Positions 47,395 through 56,520 of a DNA stretch of 64,000 nt are shown here, piece after piece; the first letter of the stretch is position 1, and every line of letters starts with the position of its first letter. This DNA comes from Asaia bogorensis (lineage in GTDB: Bacteria > Pseudomonadota > Alphaproteobacteria > CACIAM-22H2): contig CAMDLT010000020.1 of NCBI GenBank assembly GCA_945901855.1, positions 2,066 through 66,065 on the forward strand. Direction: 5' to 3'. A program made the translations under genes and the position numbers. The notes under the pieces are model-generated. The model saw only the letters and a list, made by a program, of their open reading frames with translations. It had not been told where the DNA came from and made no database searches.

Positions 47395-48084
47395 TTAACT
47401 GTCTTTCTTGGTGCCGTCGGGACCGATGCCGCCATGGGCATAGGACCACACGGCAGGCGCTTCGAGGAACTTGCGGACCTCGGCCAAGTCGGCATCGCTG
47501 TAGGCCTGTTGGGCTTGGGCTTCTTTGAGAACGTCCCACCACGTGGCGAGCGCGTGCAGATCGACGCCCTCGGCTTTGAGCGTTGCGACGCTTTCGGGAA
47601 AAATGCCGTAGTGGAAGACGACGAAGCTGTGCGCGACTTTGGCGCCCGCTTCGCGCAGGCCGTTGACGAAATGCATTTTGGATTTGCCGTCGGTCGCAAG
47701 ATCCTCGACCAGCAGCACGCGCTGGCCTTCGCGCAAATCGCCTTCGATCAGGGCGTTTCGCCCGAACCCTTTGGGCTTTTTGCGCACGTACAGCATGGGC
47801 AGTTCCAGTCGCTCGGCAATCCATGCGGCATAGGGAATGCCGGCCGTCTCGCCGCCCGCGACCGCATCGATTCCCGCAAACCCGATTTTGTTTTCGATGA
47901 CCGTTACGGCCATGTCCATCAGCTTGTTGCGCGCGCGCGGAAAGCCGATCAGCTTGCGGCAATCGCAATAGGTCGGGCTCGCCCAGCCCGACGTGAAGAT
48001 GTAGGGCGTTGCCGGGTTGAAGTGGATCGCCTTGGTCTCGATCAGAATGCGGGCGGTCGTCTGGGCGATCTCGTCTGGCGTCAT
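47395..48084 (-). CDS. pyrE: orotate phosphoribosyltransferase
   Basis: Trimmed to ATG 48084. 229 aa with the PRPP-binding motif VLLVEDLATDGKS and a PyrE-like N-terminus (..IHFNPATPYIFTSGWASPTYCDCR..). Confidence 0.85.
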   Translation of the reverse strand: MTPDEIAQTTARILIETKAIHFNPATPYIFTSGWASPTYCDCRKLIGFPRARNKLMDMAVTVIENKIGFAGIDAVAGGETAGIPYAAWIAERLELPMLYVRKKPKGFGRNALIEGDLREGQRVLLVEDLATDGKSKMHFVNGLREAGAKVAHSFVVFHYGIFPESVATLKAEGVDLHALATWWDVLKEAQAQQAYSDADLAEVRKFLEAPAVWSYAHGGIGPDGTKKDS

Positions 48085-48235
48085 GTCGGGTCCTTTGCCG
48101 ATGCGGGAGAGCGTCTTTTTTAGGCCTGCCTGCGCACTGCCCGCAAGGGGAACGCCGCGAAAACGGTCCATTTTGGGGCTTTGCAAGACTTGGCCCGCAT
48201 CGCCTAAGCTCCTGATCCCACGAGGAGGGAACGCG

Positions 48236-49063
48236 ATGGCTGCCAAACGCTCGAAACTTTACCAATCCGCCGCGAACGATCCAGTTTTGGTCGACCGGGC
48301 GGTCGCTGGGGATCCGCGCATTGTGACCGTAATTTTGAATCGCCCGGAAAAGCTCAACGCGATTTCCTCGGCGATGTGGGCGAAGTTGGGCGAAACGATG
48401 CGGGCCCTGAATGCCGAGCCGGACATCGGCTGCATCGTGCTGCGCGGTGCGGGCGACAAGGCTTTCGGCCCCGGAGCGGACATCTCCGAATTCGAGAAGA
48501 CGCGCAAAACGACCAAGCTTGCGATCGCGTACGGACGCACGATGCACGCGACGCTCGCGGCGGTCGGCGAATGCCGTCACCCTGTCGTGGCGCTGATCAA
48601 GGGGCTTTGCGTCGGCGGGTCGCTCGAAATTGCGAGCATGTGCGATCTGCGCATTGCGGGCGAAAGCGCGCGCTTCGGCGTGCCGATCAACCGCATCGGC
48701 GTGATCATGGCCTATCCCGAACTTTCCGCCCTGGTCGGTTTGGTGGGCGAGGCGGTCGCCAAAGAAATCCTGCTCGAGGCGCGCGTATTCGGCGCTGCGG
48801 AAGCCAAAGACAAGGGCCTGGTCACGCGCGTGGTCGCGGATGCGAATGTCGAGGAAGAAGCGTATCTGGCGGCCGGGCGGATCGCTGCGGGCGCGCCGCT
48901 GTCGAACCGCTGGCACAAAAAATTTGCGCGTCGGCTGCGCTCGCCCAAACCCCTGACGCGCGCCGAGTATCTCGAAGGATTCGCGAACTGCGATACCAAG
49001 GACTATCTCGAAGGCTACCGCGCGTTCCTTGAGAAGCGGCGCCCGAAGTTCGAGGGCCGCTAG
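48236..49063 (+). CDS. enoyl-CoA hydratase/isomerase (crotonase) family protein
   Basis: Trimmed to ATG 48236 after GGAGGGA. Motifs ..RPEKLNA.., ..LRGAGDKAFGPGADISEF.., ..G.C.GGSLE.A..CD.R.A. Confidence 0.85.
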   Translation: MAAKRSKLYQSAANDPVLVDRAVAGDPRIVTVILNRPEKLNAISSAMWAKLGETMRALNAEPDIGCIVLRGAGDKAFGPGADISEFEKTRKTTKLAIAYGRTMHATLAAVGECRHPVVALIKGLCVGGSLEIASMCDLRIAGESARFGVPINRIGVIMAYPELSALVGLVGEAVAKEILLEARVFGAAEAKDKGLVTRVVADANVEEEAYLAAGRIAAGAPLSNRWHKKFARRLRSPKPLTRAEYLEGFANCDTKDYLEGYRAFLEKRRPKFEGR

Positions 49064-49064
49064 G

Positions 49065-50258
49065 GTGCCGGGCGCGCTTGCAGGTCTGCGCATCGTCGAG
49101 CTTGCGCATATCATGGCCGGACCCGTCGCAGGCTTGATGCTGGCCGACATGGGGGCCGAAATCGTCAAGGTTGAAAAGCTGCCGGGCGGCGACGACACGC
49201 GCCGCATGGTGCCGCCGCGCGTCGGCGCGGAAAGCGCCGCCTATCTGATGATGAATCGCAACAAGCGCGGTATTGCTCTCGATCTCAAAACGCCGGGCGG
49301 CAAAGCGGCGTTGCGCCGTCTGATCGAGCGCGCCGACGTGCTGATCGAAAACTACCGTGCGGGCACGCTCGAAAAACTCGGGTTCGGCTATGCGCAGGTG
49401 CGCGCATGGGCTCCGCGGCTTGTTTATTGTTCGCTGTCCGGCTTCGGGCGCACGGGACCGTACGCTGGACGCGGCGGGTTCGATTTGGTCGCGCAGGGAA
49501 TGTCGGGCTTGATGAGCGTTACCGGCGAGGGGCCGGGACGCGCGCCCGTTAAAGTTGGCGCGCCGGTCACCGACATCACATCCGGGATTCTCGCCGCGAT
49601 GGGAATCCTTGGGGCCCTGCAGGCGCGCGCGCGGACGGGGCAGGGGCAGCTTGTCGAAACCTCGCTGTTTGAAGCGGGGATCGTGCAGACATATTGGCAG
49701 TCGGCTATCGCCCTTGCGACGGGCACGTCGCCCGGACCCCTTGGTTCCGCGCATCCGTTGAACGCGCCCTACCAAGCCTTCGAAACGGCCGACGGGTGGA
49801 TCAATGTGGGCGCCTCGAACCAAGCGACGTGGTTGAAATTGGTCGCAGCGCTCGAGGCTCCCGCGTTGGACGACGATCCGCGCTTTGCGAGCAATGCCGC
49901 GCGCATGGCCAATCTGCCGGCCCTTGTCGAAATTCTAGCGCCGCTATTCAAAGGGCGGACGACATCCGCGTGGCTGGATATCTTCGACGCCGTCAACATG
50001 CCGGCCGGTCCGGTGCTGTCGATCGGCGAGATGCTGGCCGATCCGCAGACCCTCGCGCGTGCGATGGTCGTGGAAACCGACCATGCAACGCTCGGCCCTG
50101 TCAAAACGCTGGGCGCACCCGTCAAGTTTTCGGATACGCCCAGTGCGATAACGCGCGCCGCCCCCGTGCTGGGCCAGCATACAAACGACGTGCTGGTGGA
50201 GCTTGGCTATTCCAACGCGGAAATCGAGGACTTGCGCGCGAGCGGTGCGGTGGGTTAG
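49065..50258 (+). CDS. class III CoA-transferase (CaiB/BaiF/Frc family)
   Basis: The N-terminus ..LAGLRIVELAHIMAGPVAGLMLADMGAEIVKVE.. is typical of the family. The start is assigned to GTG 49065, just after the upstream stop, and is uncertain (the ORF is open from 49029). Confidence 0.8.
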   Translation: MPGALAGLRIVELAHIMAGPVAGLMLADMGAEIVKVEKLPGGDDTRRMVPPRVGAESAAYLMMNRNKRGIALDLKTPGGKAALRRLIERADVLIENYRAGTLEKLGFGYAQVRAWAPRLVYCSLSGFGRTGPYAGRGGFDLVAQGMSGLMSVTGEGPGRAPVKVGAPVTDITSGILAAMGILGALQARARTGQGQLVETSLFEAGIVQTYWQSAIALATGTSPGPLGSAHPLNAPYQAFETADGWINVGASNQATWLKLVAALEAPALDDDPRFASNAARMANLPALVEILAPLFKGRTTSAWLDIFDAVNMPAGPVLSIGEMLADPQTLARAMVVETDHATLGPVKTLGAPVKFSDTPSAITRAAPVLGQHTNDVLVELGYSNAEIEDLRASGAVG

Positions 50259-51406
50259 CGCACGACCAGATCGATCGGGCGCGACGAAATCCGCTCGTTT
50301 CCGGTTTGCGTGACAATCACCGACTCGCCGGGGCACATCGCCGTGCCGGTCTCGCTGTCCATCAAGATCATGTGCAGGAAAAACACCATGTTCGGAGCCA
50401 CGATCGCCGGATTGCCCGCATAGAACATCGGCCAGTCCATCCAGTTTGGCGCGAATGTGGTGCCGAGCGAATATCCGCACGCATTCAAACGATGGGCCGA
50501 CATGCCCGCTTTGTCGCACACGCGCGCATACGCGTCGAACACCGCACCGACGGGCTCGCCTGGCCGCAGCGCTTCCCGGCAGGCCGCAAGGGCGTCCACG
50601 CATATCGCGTGCATGCGTCGATGGAGATCGCTGGCCTTCCCGACCGGGATCGTGCGCATCAAGCACGCATGGTAGTGCCGATACGCGCCTGCAAATTCCA
50701 GCGTGATCTGGTCCTGCGGTCCCAGGCTTTTGCGGCCGCTGAAATAGCGGCAGAGCAGCGCGTCTTTTCCCGATCCGATGATGAATTCGTTGGCCGGATC
50801 GTCGCCGCCGCCGCGATAGATGGCGCTGTGCATCGCTGCCAGAACGTCGCCTTCGAACGCGCCGGGGGCTATTGTCGCATGCGCCGCGTCGAGTGCGGCA
50901 TCGGCCAGTTCGCCAGCCTTGCGAACGTAAACAAGCTCGGCCGGGCTTTTGACGACGCGCAAGCGCGTGACCAAATCCGAGGCCTCAACGAGCGTAGCAA
51001 AGCCGTCCAGCGCAGCCTCAAGCTTGCGCCCGTTGGCGTGGGTCAGGCCGTAGGCATCAAACTCCGCCCCGAAGGTTTTTCCTGCAAGACCGAACTCGGC
51101 CAGGATTTGGCGCAGTTCCAAGGCCGGGTCGGCGCCGTCGCGATCGGTCCAAACGCGGATATCGTCGAGAATCGATGTATGCCGCGCTTGGCGCAAATCG
51201 GGCGCGCGCGTGAGCAGCATCGTGCGCCCGTCCGCGCCCAGATACAGGCATTGGAAGAACACGTACCCGAACGTGTCGTAGCCGGTCAGGTAGTACATGC
51301 TTTCTTGACGGAAAATCAGAATCCCGTCGAGGCCGCGCGACGCCATTGCGGCGACCGCAGCGCTGCGACGGGCTTCAAACTCGCTTCGTTCGAAATGCAG
51401 CGCCAT
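50255..51406 (-). CDS. M24-family hydrolase (creatinase / Xaa-Pro peptidase / ectoine-hydrolase-like)
   Basis: Trimmed to ATG 51406, a 1-nt overlap with the upstream stop. 383 aa with a creatinase-N-like N-terminus (..GLDGILIFRQESMYYLTGYDT..) and a pita-bread C-terminal domain. Confidence 0.7.
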   Translation of the reverse strand: MALHFERSEFEARRSAAVAAMASRGLDGILIFRQESMYYLTGYDTFGYVFFQCLYLGADGRTMLLTRAPDLRQARHTSILDDIRVWTDRDGADPALELRQILAEFGLAGKTFGAEFDAYGLTHANGRKLEAALDGFATLVEASDLVTRLRVVKSPAELVYVRKAGELADAALDAAHATIAPGAFEGDVLAAMHSAIYRGGGDDPANEFIIGSGKDALLCRYFSGRKSLGPQDQITLEFAGAYRHYHACLMRTIPVGKASDLHRRMHAICVDALAACREALRPGEPVGAVFDAYARVCDKAGMSAHRLNACGYSLGTTFAPNWMDWPMFYAGNPAIVAPNMVFFLHMILMDSETGTAMCPGESVIVTQTGNERISSRPIDLVVR

Positions 51407-53148
51407 CAGTGGCTTTCGCGGCCCACGGGCGCGCCCGAATTGCCGACCAAGAAGTCCAGATCCACGCCCTTGTCGGCTTGGTTGACCGTTTCGACATAGA
51501 GTTTGGCATAGCCGCGCGTTTCGTGCTGCGGCGGGCCTTTCCACTTCTTGCGGCGCTCGGCTAACACGGCATCGCTGACATCGAGGTGCAGCTTGCGCTT
51601 GGATACATCGAGTTCGATCACGTCGCCGGTTTGCACGAGCGCCAAAGGCCCGCCGGCCGCAGCTTCAGGCGCTGTGTGCAGCACGACTGTGCCATAGGCG
51701 GTACCGGACATGCGTGCGTCGGAAATGCGCACCATGTCCTTGATGCCTTTTTTCAGCAGCTTGGCGGGCAGCGCGAAATTGCCGACCTCGGGGAATCCCG
51801 GATAGCCTTTGGGCCCGCAATTCTTGAGTACCAAGATGCAGTTCGCGTCGACATCGAGCTTTGGATCGTCGACGCGTTTGTTGTAGTCGTCGATATCCTC
51901 GAATGCGACCGCGCGTCCTTTGTGTTTCATCAAGGACGGCGTTGCGGCCGAAGGCTTCAGCACGGCGCCGTCGGGCGCCAGATTGCCGCGCAAGACAGCG
52001 ATGCCGCCTTGTTTCTTGAACGGTTTGGCGAGCGGCGTGATGACCGCCTGGTTCCAGTTTTTGGCGTCCTTGACGTTGTCCCAGATCGTCCGGCCGTTCA
52101 CGGTCAACGCATTCTTGTGCAGCATGCTGCCGACTTCCTTCAGCACCGTCGGCAACCCGCCCGCGTAGTAGAAATCTTCCATCAGATACTTGCCCGACGG
52201 CATCAGATTGACGAGGCAAGGGACCTTGCGTCCCAAGCGGTCCCAGTCGTCGAGCGTGAGTTCCACGCCCATGCGCCCGGCGATCGCGAGCAGATGCACG
52301 ACCGCATTGGTCGAGCCGCCGATGGCGCCGTTGGCGACGATCGCGTTCTTGAAAGCCTGCTTTGTGAGGATCTTCGACATTTTAAGATTTTCGCGCACCA
52401 TCTCGACCGCGCGCTTGCCGGCCATGTAGGCGAGGGTCTTGCGGCGGCTGTCGGCGGCGGGGATGGCAGCGTTGGTCGGCAGCCCCATGCCAAGCGCTTC
52501 CACCATCGATGCCATCGTGGAGGCAGTACCCATGGTCATGCAATGGCCGATCGAGCGCGACATGCAAGCTTCGGCCTCGTTGACGTCGGCTTGCGTAAGC
52601 TCGCCGGTCTTGAGCATTTCCGTGAATTTCCACACATGCGTGCCCGAGCCGATTTCCTGATCGCGCCAGCGTCCGTTGAGCATCGGGCCGCCCGACACGG
52701 CGATGGTCGGCAAGTCGCAGCTGGCAGCGCCCATCAGCAAGGCGGGCGTGGTCTTGTCGCAGCCCACCAGCAGGACGACGCCGTCCATCGGATTGGCGCG
52801 GATCGATTCTTCGACATCCATGCTGGCCAAATTGCGGAAAAGCATGGTGGTCGGCCGCATCAAGGATTCGCCAAGGCTCATGACCGGAAATTCGAGCGGG
52901 AATCCGCCCATTTCGATCACGCCTTTTTTGACCATCTCGGCCAACTCGCGAAAATGGCCGTTGCAGGGGGTCAGTTCCGACCAAGTATTGCAAATGCCGA
53001 CGACGGGGCGGCCGTCGAACATATGGGCGGGCGTGCCTTGATTTTTCATCCACGAGCGGTGCACCAGACCGTCGCGGTCCTGGCGTCCGAACCACTGCTT
53101 GGAACGCAGTTCGCCCTTTTTGAAATGGCGCTTCTTTTTGTTGGCCAT
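51406..53148 (-). CDS. IlvD/Edd-family dehydratase (sugar-acid dehydratase-like)
   Basis: 580 aa. Motifs ..GICNTWSELTPCN.., ..VGCDKTTPALLMGA.., ..GTASTM... The long-form N-terminus (..SKQWFG..D...HRSW.KNQG) resembles arabonate/xylonate dehydratases more than IlvD. Confidence 0.8.
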   Translation of the reverse strand: MANKKKRHFKKGELRSKQWFGRQDRDGLVHRSWMKNQGTPAHMFDGRPVVGICNTWSELTPCNGHFRELAEMVKKGVIEMGGFPLEFPVMSLGESLMRPTTMLFRNLASMDVEESIRANPMDGVVLLVGCDKTTPALLMGAASCDLPTIAVSGGPMLNGRWRDQEIGSGTHVWKFTEMLKTGELTQADVNEAEACMSRSIGHCMTMGTASTMASMVEALGMGLPTNAAIPAADSRRKTLAYMAGKRAVEMVRENLKMSKILTKQAFKNAIVANGAIGGSTNAVVHLLAIAGRMGVELTLDDWDRLGRKVPCLVNLMPSGKYLMEDFYYAGGLPTVLKEVGSMLHKNALTVNGRTIWDNVKDAKNWNQAVITPLAKPFKKQGGIAVLRGNLAPDGAVLKPSAATPSLMKHKGRAVAFEDIDDYNKRVDDPKLDVDANCILVLKNCGPKGYPGFPEVGNFALPAKLLKKGIKDMVRISDARMSGTAYGTVVLHTAPEAAAGGPLALVQTGDVIELDVSKRKLHLDVSDAVLAERRKKWKGPPQHETRGYAKLYVETVNQADKGVDLDFLVGNSGAPVGRESH

Positions 53149-53226
53149 CGCTTCTTTTTCCTCGATTTGGACAAAACCTTACAATCGAGCTATTTCAATT
53201 GCCATGGCCATTTTGTGCAACATCCC

Positions 53227-54360
53227 ATGAAGCTCGCCTTCGTCAATCCGAACTTGGCGCACGACTACAACGTCGAGACGCCGTTTGCCGCCCCTTTGCC
53301 GGGATCGGAATCCGCGCAAGTTTATCTGGCGCTGGCAATGGCGCGGCGCGGGCACGAAGTTGGGCTCTTCACGGGCACGACGCGCACGGCAGGCCGCCTG
53401 CGCGGCGTGGCCCAAGCGCGCTGGTCCGGCGCGCTCGAGGGCGAGTTCGACGCGGTATTCGTAACCTCGGCCGTCGATCTTTTGGCGCCGCTGCGCGCGC
53501 AAGGTTTTGCGGGACCGATCTATGCCTGGCAGCACAATGTCATCGTCCCGGGCACCGAAGAAGCCGCATTGCTGGCAGAACTTACGCACCCGCGCGACCG
53601 CATCTTGTGCGTGAGCGACTGGCACAAGGCGAACTACGCCGCCAACGGCGTTGCTGCGGCGCGCATCGATGTTTTGCGCAACGCGATCGGCCCGCGTTTC
53701 GAAACGTTGTTCGCAGCCGGCGAATCCATCCTTGCCGCCAAAGCGCCGCGTGCGGCATTCACGTCCGTGCCGTACAAGGGCCTCAAACAGGCGCTGGCCT
53801 TTTTCAAGGATCTGCATGCGTTGCGGCCCGAACTGACGCTCGACGTGTTCTCCAGTTTCGATTTTTATCCGGCCAACAATCTCTTTCGCCGCCAGCCGAG
53901 TTGGCTGTTGCTGGCGGCGGAGGCCAAGTCAGCGGCCGGAGTCGCCTATCACGGCAACGTGGCGCAACCGGCGTTGGCCGAGGCCCTCAAGCGGGCCGTG
54001 CTGCTGTTCTATCCGAACGTCGCGGCGGAAACCTCGTCGATCGCGGTCATGGAGGCGATGGCGGCGGGGTGCGTCGTGGTGACGACGGCACTGGGAGCGT
54101 TGCCCGAAACAGTCGGCGATTTTGGTATTCTTGCCCCGGTTGTTGGGGGCAATATCGATCCGCAAGCCTATGTTTCGTCCGCCGCCGCCATAGCGGAGGC
54201 CTTTGCCGCAGGCAATTCGGCGCTGGAAGCGCGGTTGCAGATGCAGGTCGCGCACGTTACCGCAACGTGCCGCTGGGACATCCGCGCTGTGGAAGCCGAG
54301 CGGCTGCTGGCGGGACAGTTCGGTACGGACCGAAGTATCGGCACGTCTTCTCGGCTATAA
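53227..54360 (+). CDS. glycosyltransferase (GT-B fold, GT4-like)
   Basis: Trimmed from the 924-aa ORF to ATG 53227. 377 aa with a C-terminal E-x7-E motif (ETSSIAVMEAMAAG). Confidence 0.7.
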   Translation: MKLAFVNPNLAHDYNVETPFAAPLPGSESAQVYLALAMARRGHEVGLFTGTTRTAGRLRGVAQARWSGALEGEFDAVFVTSAVDLLAPLRAQGFAGPIYAWQHNVIVPGTEEAALLAELTHPRDRILCVSDWHKANYAANGVAAARIDVLRNAIGPRFETLFAAGESILAAKAPRAAFTSVPYKGLKQALAFFKDLHALRPELTLDVFSSFDFYPANNLFRRQPSWLLLAAEAKSAAGVAYHGNVAQPALAEALKRAVLLFYPNVAAETSSIAVMEAMAAGCVVVTTALGALPETVGDFGILAPVVGGNIDPQAYVSSAAAIAEAFAAGNSALEARLQMQVAHVTATCRWDIRAVEAERLLAGQFGTDRSIGTSSRL

Positions 54361-54368
54361 TCTCGGAC

Positions 54369-55100
54369 ATGAAAAACGGTCCGACGATCGCGGGCGTGGC
54401 GTCGTTGCTGGGCGATCCTGCGCGCGCCAACATGATGGCGGCGCTGATGGCAGGCAAAGCGCTTACGGCAGGCGAACTGGCGCAGGAAGCCCGCGTGACG
54501 CCGCAGACCGCAAGCGGCCATCTGGCCCGGCTGGTCGATGCAGGGCTGCTTTTGGTCGAGGTGCAGGGGCGCCATCGCTATTTTCGTATCGCCGGGGCGG
54601 AGGTTGCCGAAGCGATCGAGACGCTGGAGGTATTGGCTGCGCGCACCGGCCATCTGCGCACGCGGCCGGGGCCGCGCGATCCGTCGCTGCGTGCCGCCCG
54701 ACGCTGCTACGACCATCTTGCCGGGGCGGCGGGCGTCGAACTCTTCGACGCGCTGCTCGAACAAGCGGTGCTGACGGTCGGCCCCGATGGGCTTGCCCTC
54801 AGCGTTGCGGGCCGCGCGCGTTTTTGCGTCGCAGGCATCGACCTTGCCGCGATGGACAAGCGCAGCCGTCCGCTTTGTCGGGCCTGCCTCGATTGGTCGG
54901 AGCGGCGCCCGCATCTTGCCGGATCGCTCGGCGCGGCGTTGCTTTCAATGTTTTTGGCGCGCAAATGGCTGCGCCGCGATCCGGGCAGCCGCGCGCTTTT
55001 GTTTTCGCCGGACGGACGCAAAGCGTTCGAGGCATTTTTGGGCCGGACGCCGGTTCATGCCGCGTTGTCTGGCCAGCTTTCGGCCGTCAACGAAACATAG
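54369..55100 (+). CDS. ArsR/SmtB-family HTH transcriptional regulator with long C-terminal domain
   Basis: Trimmed to ATG 54369. The N-terminal ..LGDPARANMMAALMAGKALTAGELAQEARVTPQTASGHLARLVDAGLL.. is a winged HTH. A Cys-containing C-terminal extension follows (..RCYDHLAG.., ..CRACLDW..). Confidence 0.8.
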   Translation: MKNGPTIAGVASLLGDPARANMMAALMAGKALTAGELAQEARVTPQTASGHLARLVDAGLLLVEVQGRHRYFRIAGAEVAEAIETLEVLAARTGHLRTRPGPRDPSLRAARRCYDHLAGAAGVELFDALLEQAVLTVGPDGLALSVAGRARFCVAGIDLAAMDKRSRPLCRACLDWSERRPHLAGSLGAALLSMFLARKWLRRDPGSRALLFSPDGRKAFEAFLGRTPVHAALSGQLSAVNET

Positions 55101-55153
55101 CGCACCTTCGCAGAGCTACCGTCTTGCCTTTCCCGGTTCGGAGGATTGGCGCG

Positions 55154-55318
55154 ATGAAAGCGGTTTTGCGAGGTTTGATGCAGTTGCTGTATGTTTGGCA
55201 CGCGCGCGTGCGTTCGCGTGCGCACCTGGCCGAACTCGACGCATATCTGCTTGCCGACATGGGGCTTTCGCAAGCCGATATTCGCTGCGAATGCGCCAAA
55301 CCCTTCTGGAGACCGTGA
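55154..55318 (+). CDS. DUF1127-family small protein
   Basis: 54 aa. The sequence ..ARVRSRAHLAELDAYLLADMGLSQADIRCECAKPFWRP matches the DUF1127 pattern (Arg-rich, LxDIGLSR-like, KPFW ending). Confidence 0.7.
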   Translation: MKAVLRGLMQLLYVWHARVRSRAHLAELDAYLLADMGLSQADIRCECAKPFWRP

Positions 55319-55678
55319 ATGATCGCCGTGATTTTCGAGGTTCGCCCGGCCGAGGGCCGCAAATCGGCCTATCTCGAACATGCGGCGGCCTTGCGCGCCG
55401 AATTGGAGACCGTCGACGGGTTCGTGTCGGTCGAACGGTTCCAGAGCCTTTCCGACGACGGCAAAATGCTGTCGCTGTCGTTTTGGCGCGACGAGGCGTC
55501 GATCTTCAATTGGCGCAACCGTCCCTGCCATCGCGACGCGCAAAGCGCCGGACGGGGCGGTGTTTTTGCCGATTACCGGCTGCGCGTGGTTGGCGTGATC
55601 CGCGATTACGGCATGTTCGAGCGCACGCAAGCGCCAGCCGACAGTCGCGTGCAGCACGATCCGGGTTTTACGATCTAG
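55319..55678 (+). CDS. antibiotic-biosynthesis-monooxygenase (ABM) domain protein
   Basis: 119 aa. ABM-like ferredoxin-fold pattern (MIAVIFEVRP....YLE.A..L...L...DGF.S.ERF.S....GK.LSLSFW.DE.S...WRN). It starts directly after the DUF1127 stop. Confidence 0.7.
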   Translation: MIAVIFEVRPAEGRKSAYLEHAAALRAELETVDGFVSVERFQSLSDDGKMLSLSFWRDEASIFNWRNRPCHRDAQSAGRGGVFADYRLRVVGVIRDYGMFERTQAPADSRVQHDPGFTI

Positions 55679-56519
55679 CGGCCCGACGCATCGAAACGAT
55701 GCCGCACGCCACCACCACGGCGGCCCCCAGCCACGTCCATAGACCGGGGACATCGCCGAAGAAAATCATGCCGAACAAGGTCGCAAACAGCAGCAGCGTA
55801 TAATTGTAAGGCTGTAGCGCGCTGGCAGGGGCGAGCGCGATGGCGCGGACGATCAAAATATGCGCGCCCGCCCCGCTAATGCCGCCGACAATCAGCCAGA
55901 ACCAGCCCGATGGATCCGGCGGATGCCAGTCGAACGAAGCGATCGTCCCGAGCACGATCAGGCCGACCAGCGGCGTGTGCAGCGTCGTGATGTCGGTGCT
56001 GTCTTTGGCCGACACGATGCGCGTGACCACTTGGTAGAGCGCCCAAAGCAGGGTGGCCGCGACCGCAATCCACATGGCGGCGCCAAGTTGCTCGAAGGAC
56101 GGGCCAACGATCATCGTCGCGCCGGCCATTCCGGCGGCGACGAGCATCCAGCCGAGCGCATCGACCTTTTCGCGCAAAAAGAAAAACGATAGGGCCGTCA
56201 CCAGCAACGGCGCGGCCGCCGCGACGGCATGCACGTCGGCCAACGGCAATGTGCGGAACGCCGTGACAAAGCACAGCATTTCGAGCAGCAAGATCGCCGT
56301 CCGCGCGGCTTGCCACCACGGCGCCTTTGTCTTGAGCACGATCCAGGGACCGGCACCCGCAAGCCAGCAGCCGATCGCGACGAACAGCGCGAAGCGGATC
56401 GCCATGATTTGCGGGATCGGATAAATCTGCGTGAGCGACTTGTTGATCGCGTCCATCGATGCGAACAGCGCCATGGACGCGACGGCCATCAAAATGGGCT
56501 TGAGCCCGATTTTCTCCAC
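55668..56519 (-). CDS. EamA/DMT-family transporter
   Basis: 283 aa with 10 predicted TM helices and duplicated EamA halves. Confidence 0.75.
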   Translation of the reverse strand: MEKIGLKPILMAVASMALFASMDAINKSLTQIYPIPQIMAIRFALFVAIGCWLAGAGPWIVLKTKAPWWQAARTAILLLEMLCFVTAFRTLPLADVHAVAAAAPLLVTALSFFFLREKVDALGWMLVAAGMAGATMIVGPSFEQLGAAMWIAVAATLLWALYQVVTRIVSAKDSTDITTLHTPLVGLIVLGTIASFDWHPPDPSGWFWLIVGGISGAGAHILIVRAIALAPASALQPYNYTLLLFATLFGMIFFGDVPGLWTWLGAAVVVACGIVSMRRAARS

Positions 56520-56520
56520 G

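Noticed and set aside
51586-54360. 924-aa ORF, and similarly 58118-60424 (768 aa), 53199-55100 (633 aa), 35410-37293 (627 aa) and 47237-49207 (656 aa)
   Set aside because: These ORFs are antisense or out of frame relative to strongly supported genes (the IlvD-family gene, the ThDP enzyme, an SBP, pyrE and others). Only their terminal segments (glycosyltransferase, PaaI thioesterase, ArsR regulator) look like proteins, and those were annotated separately.
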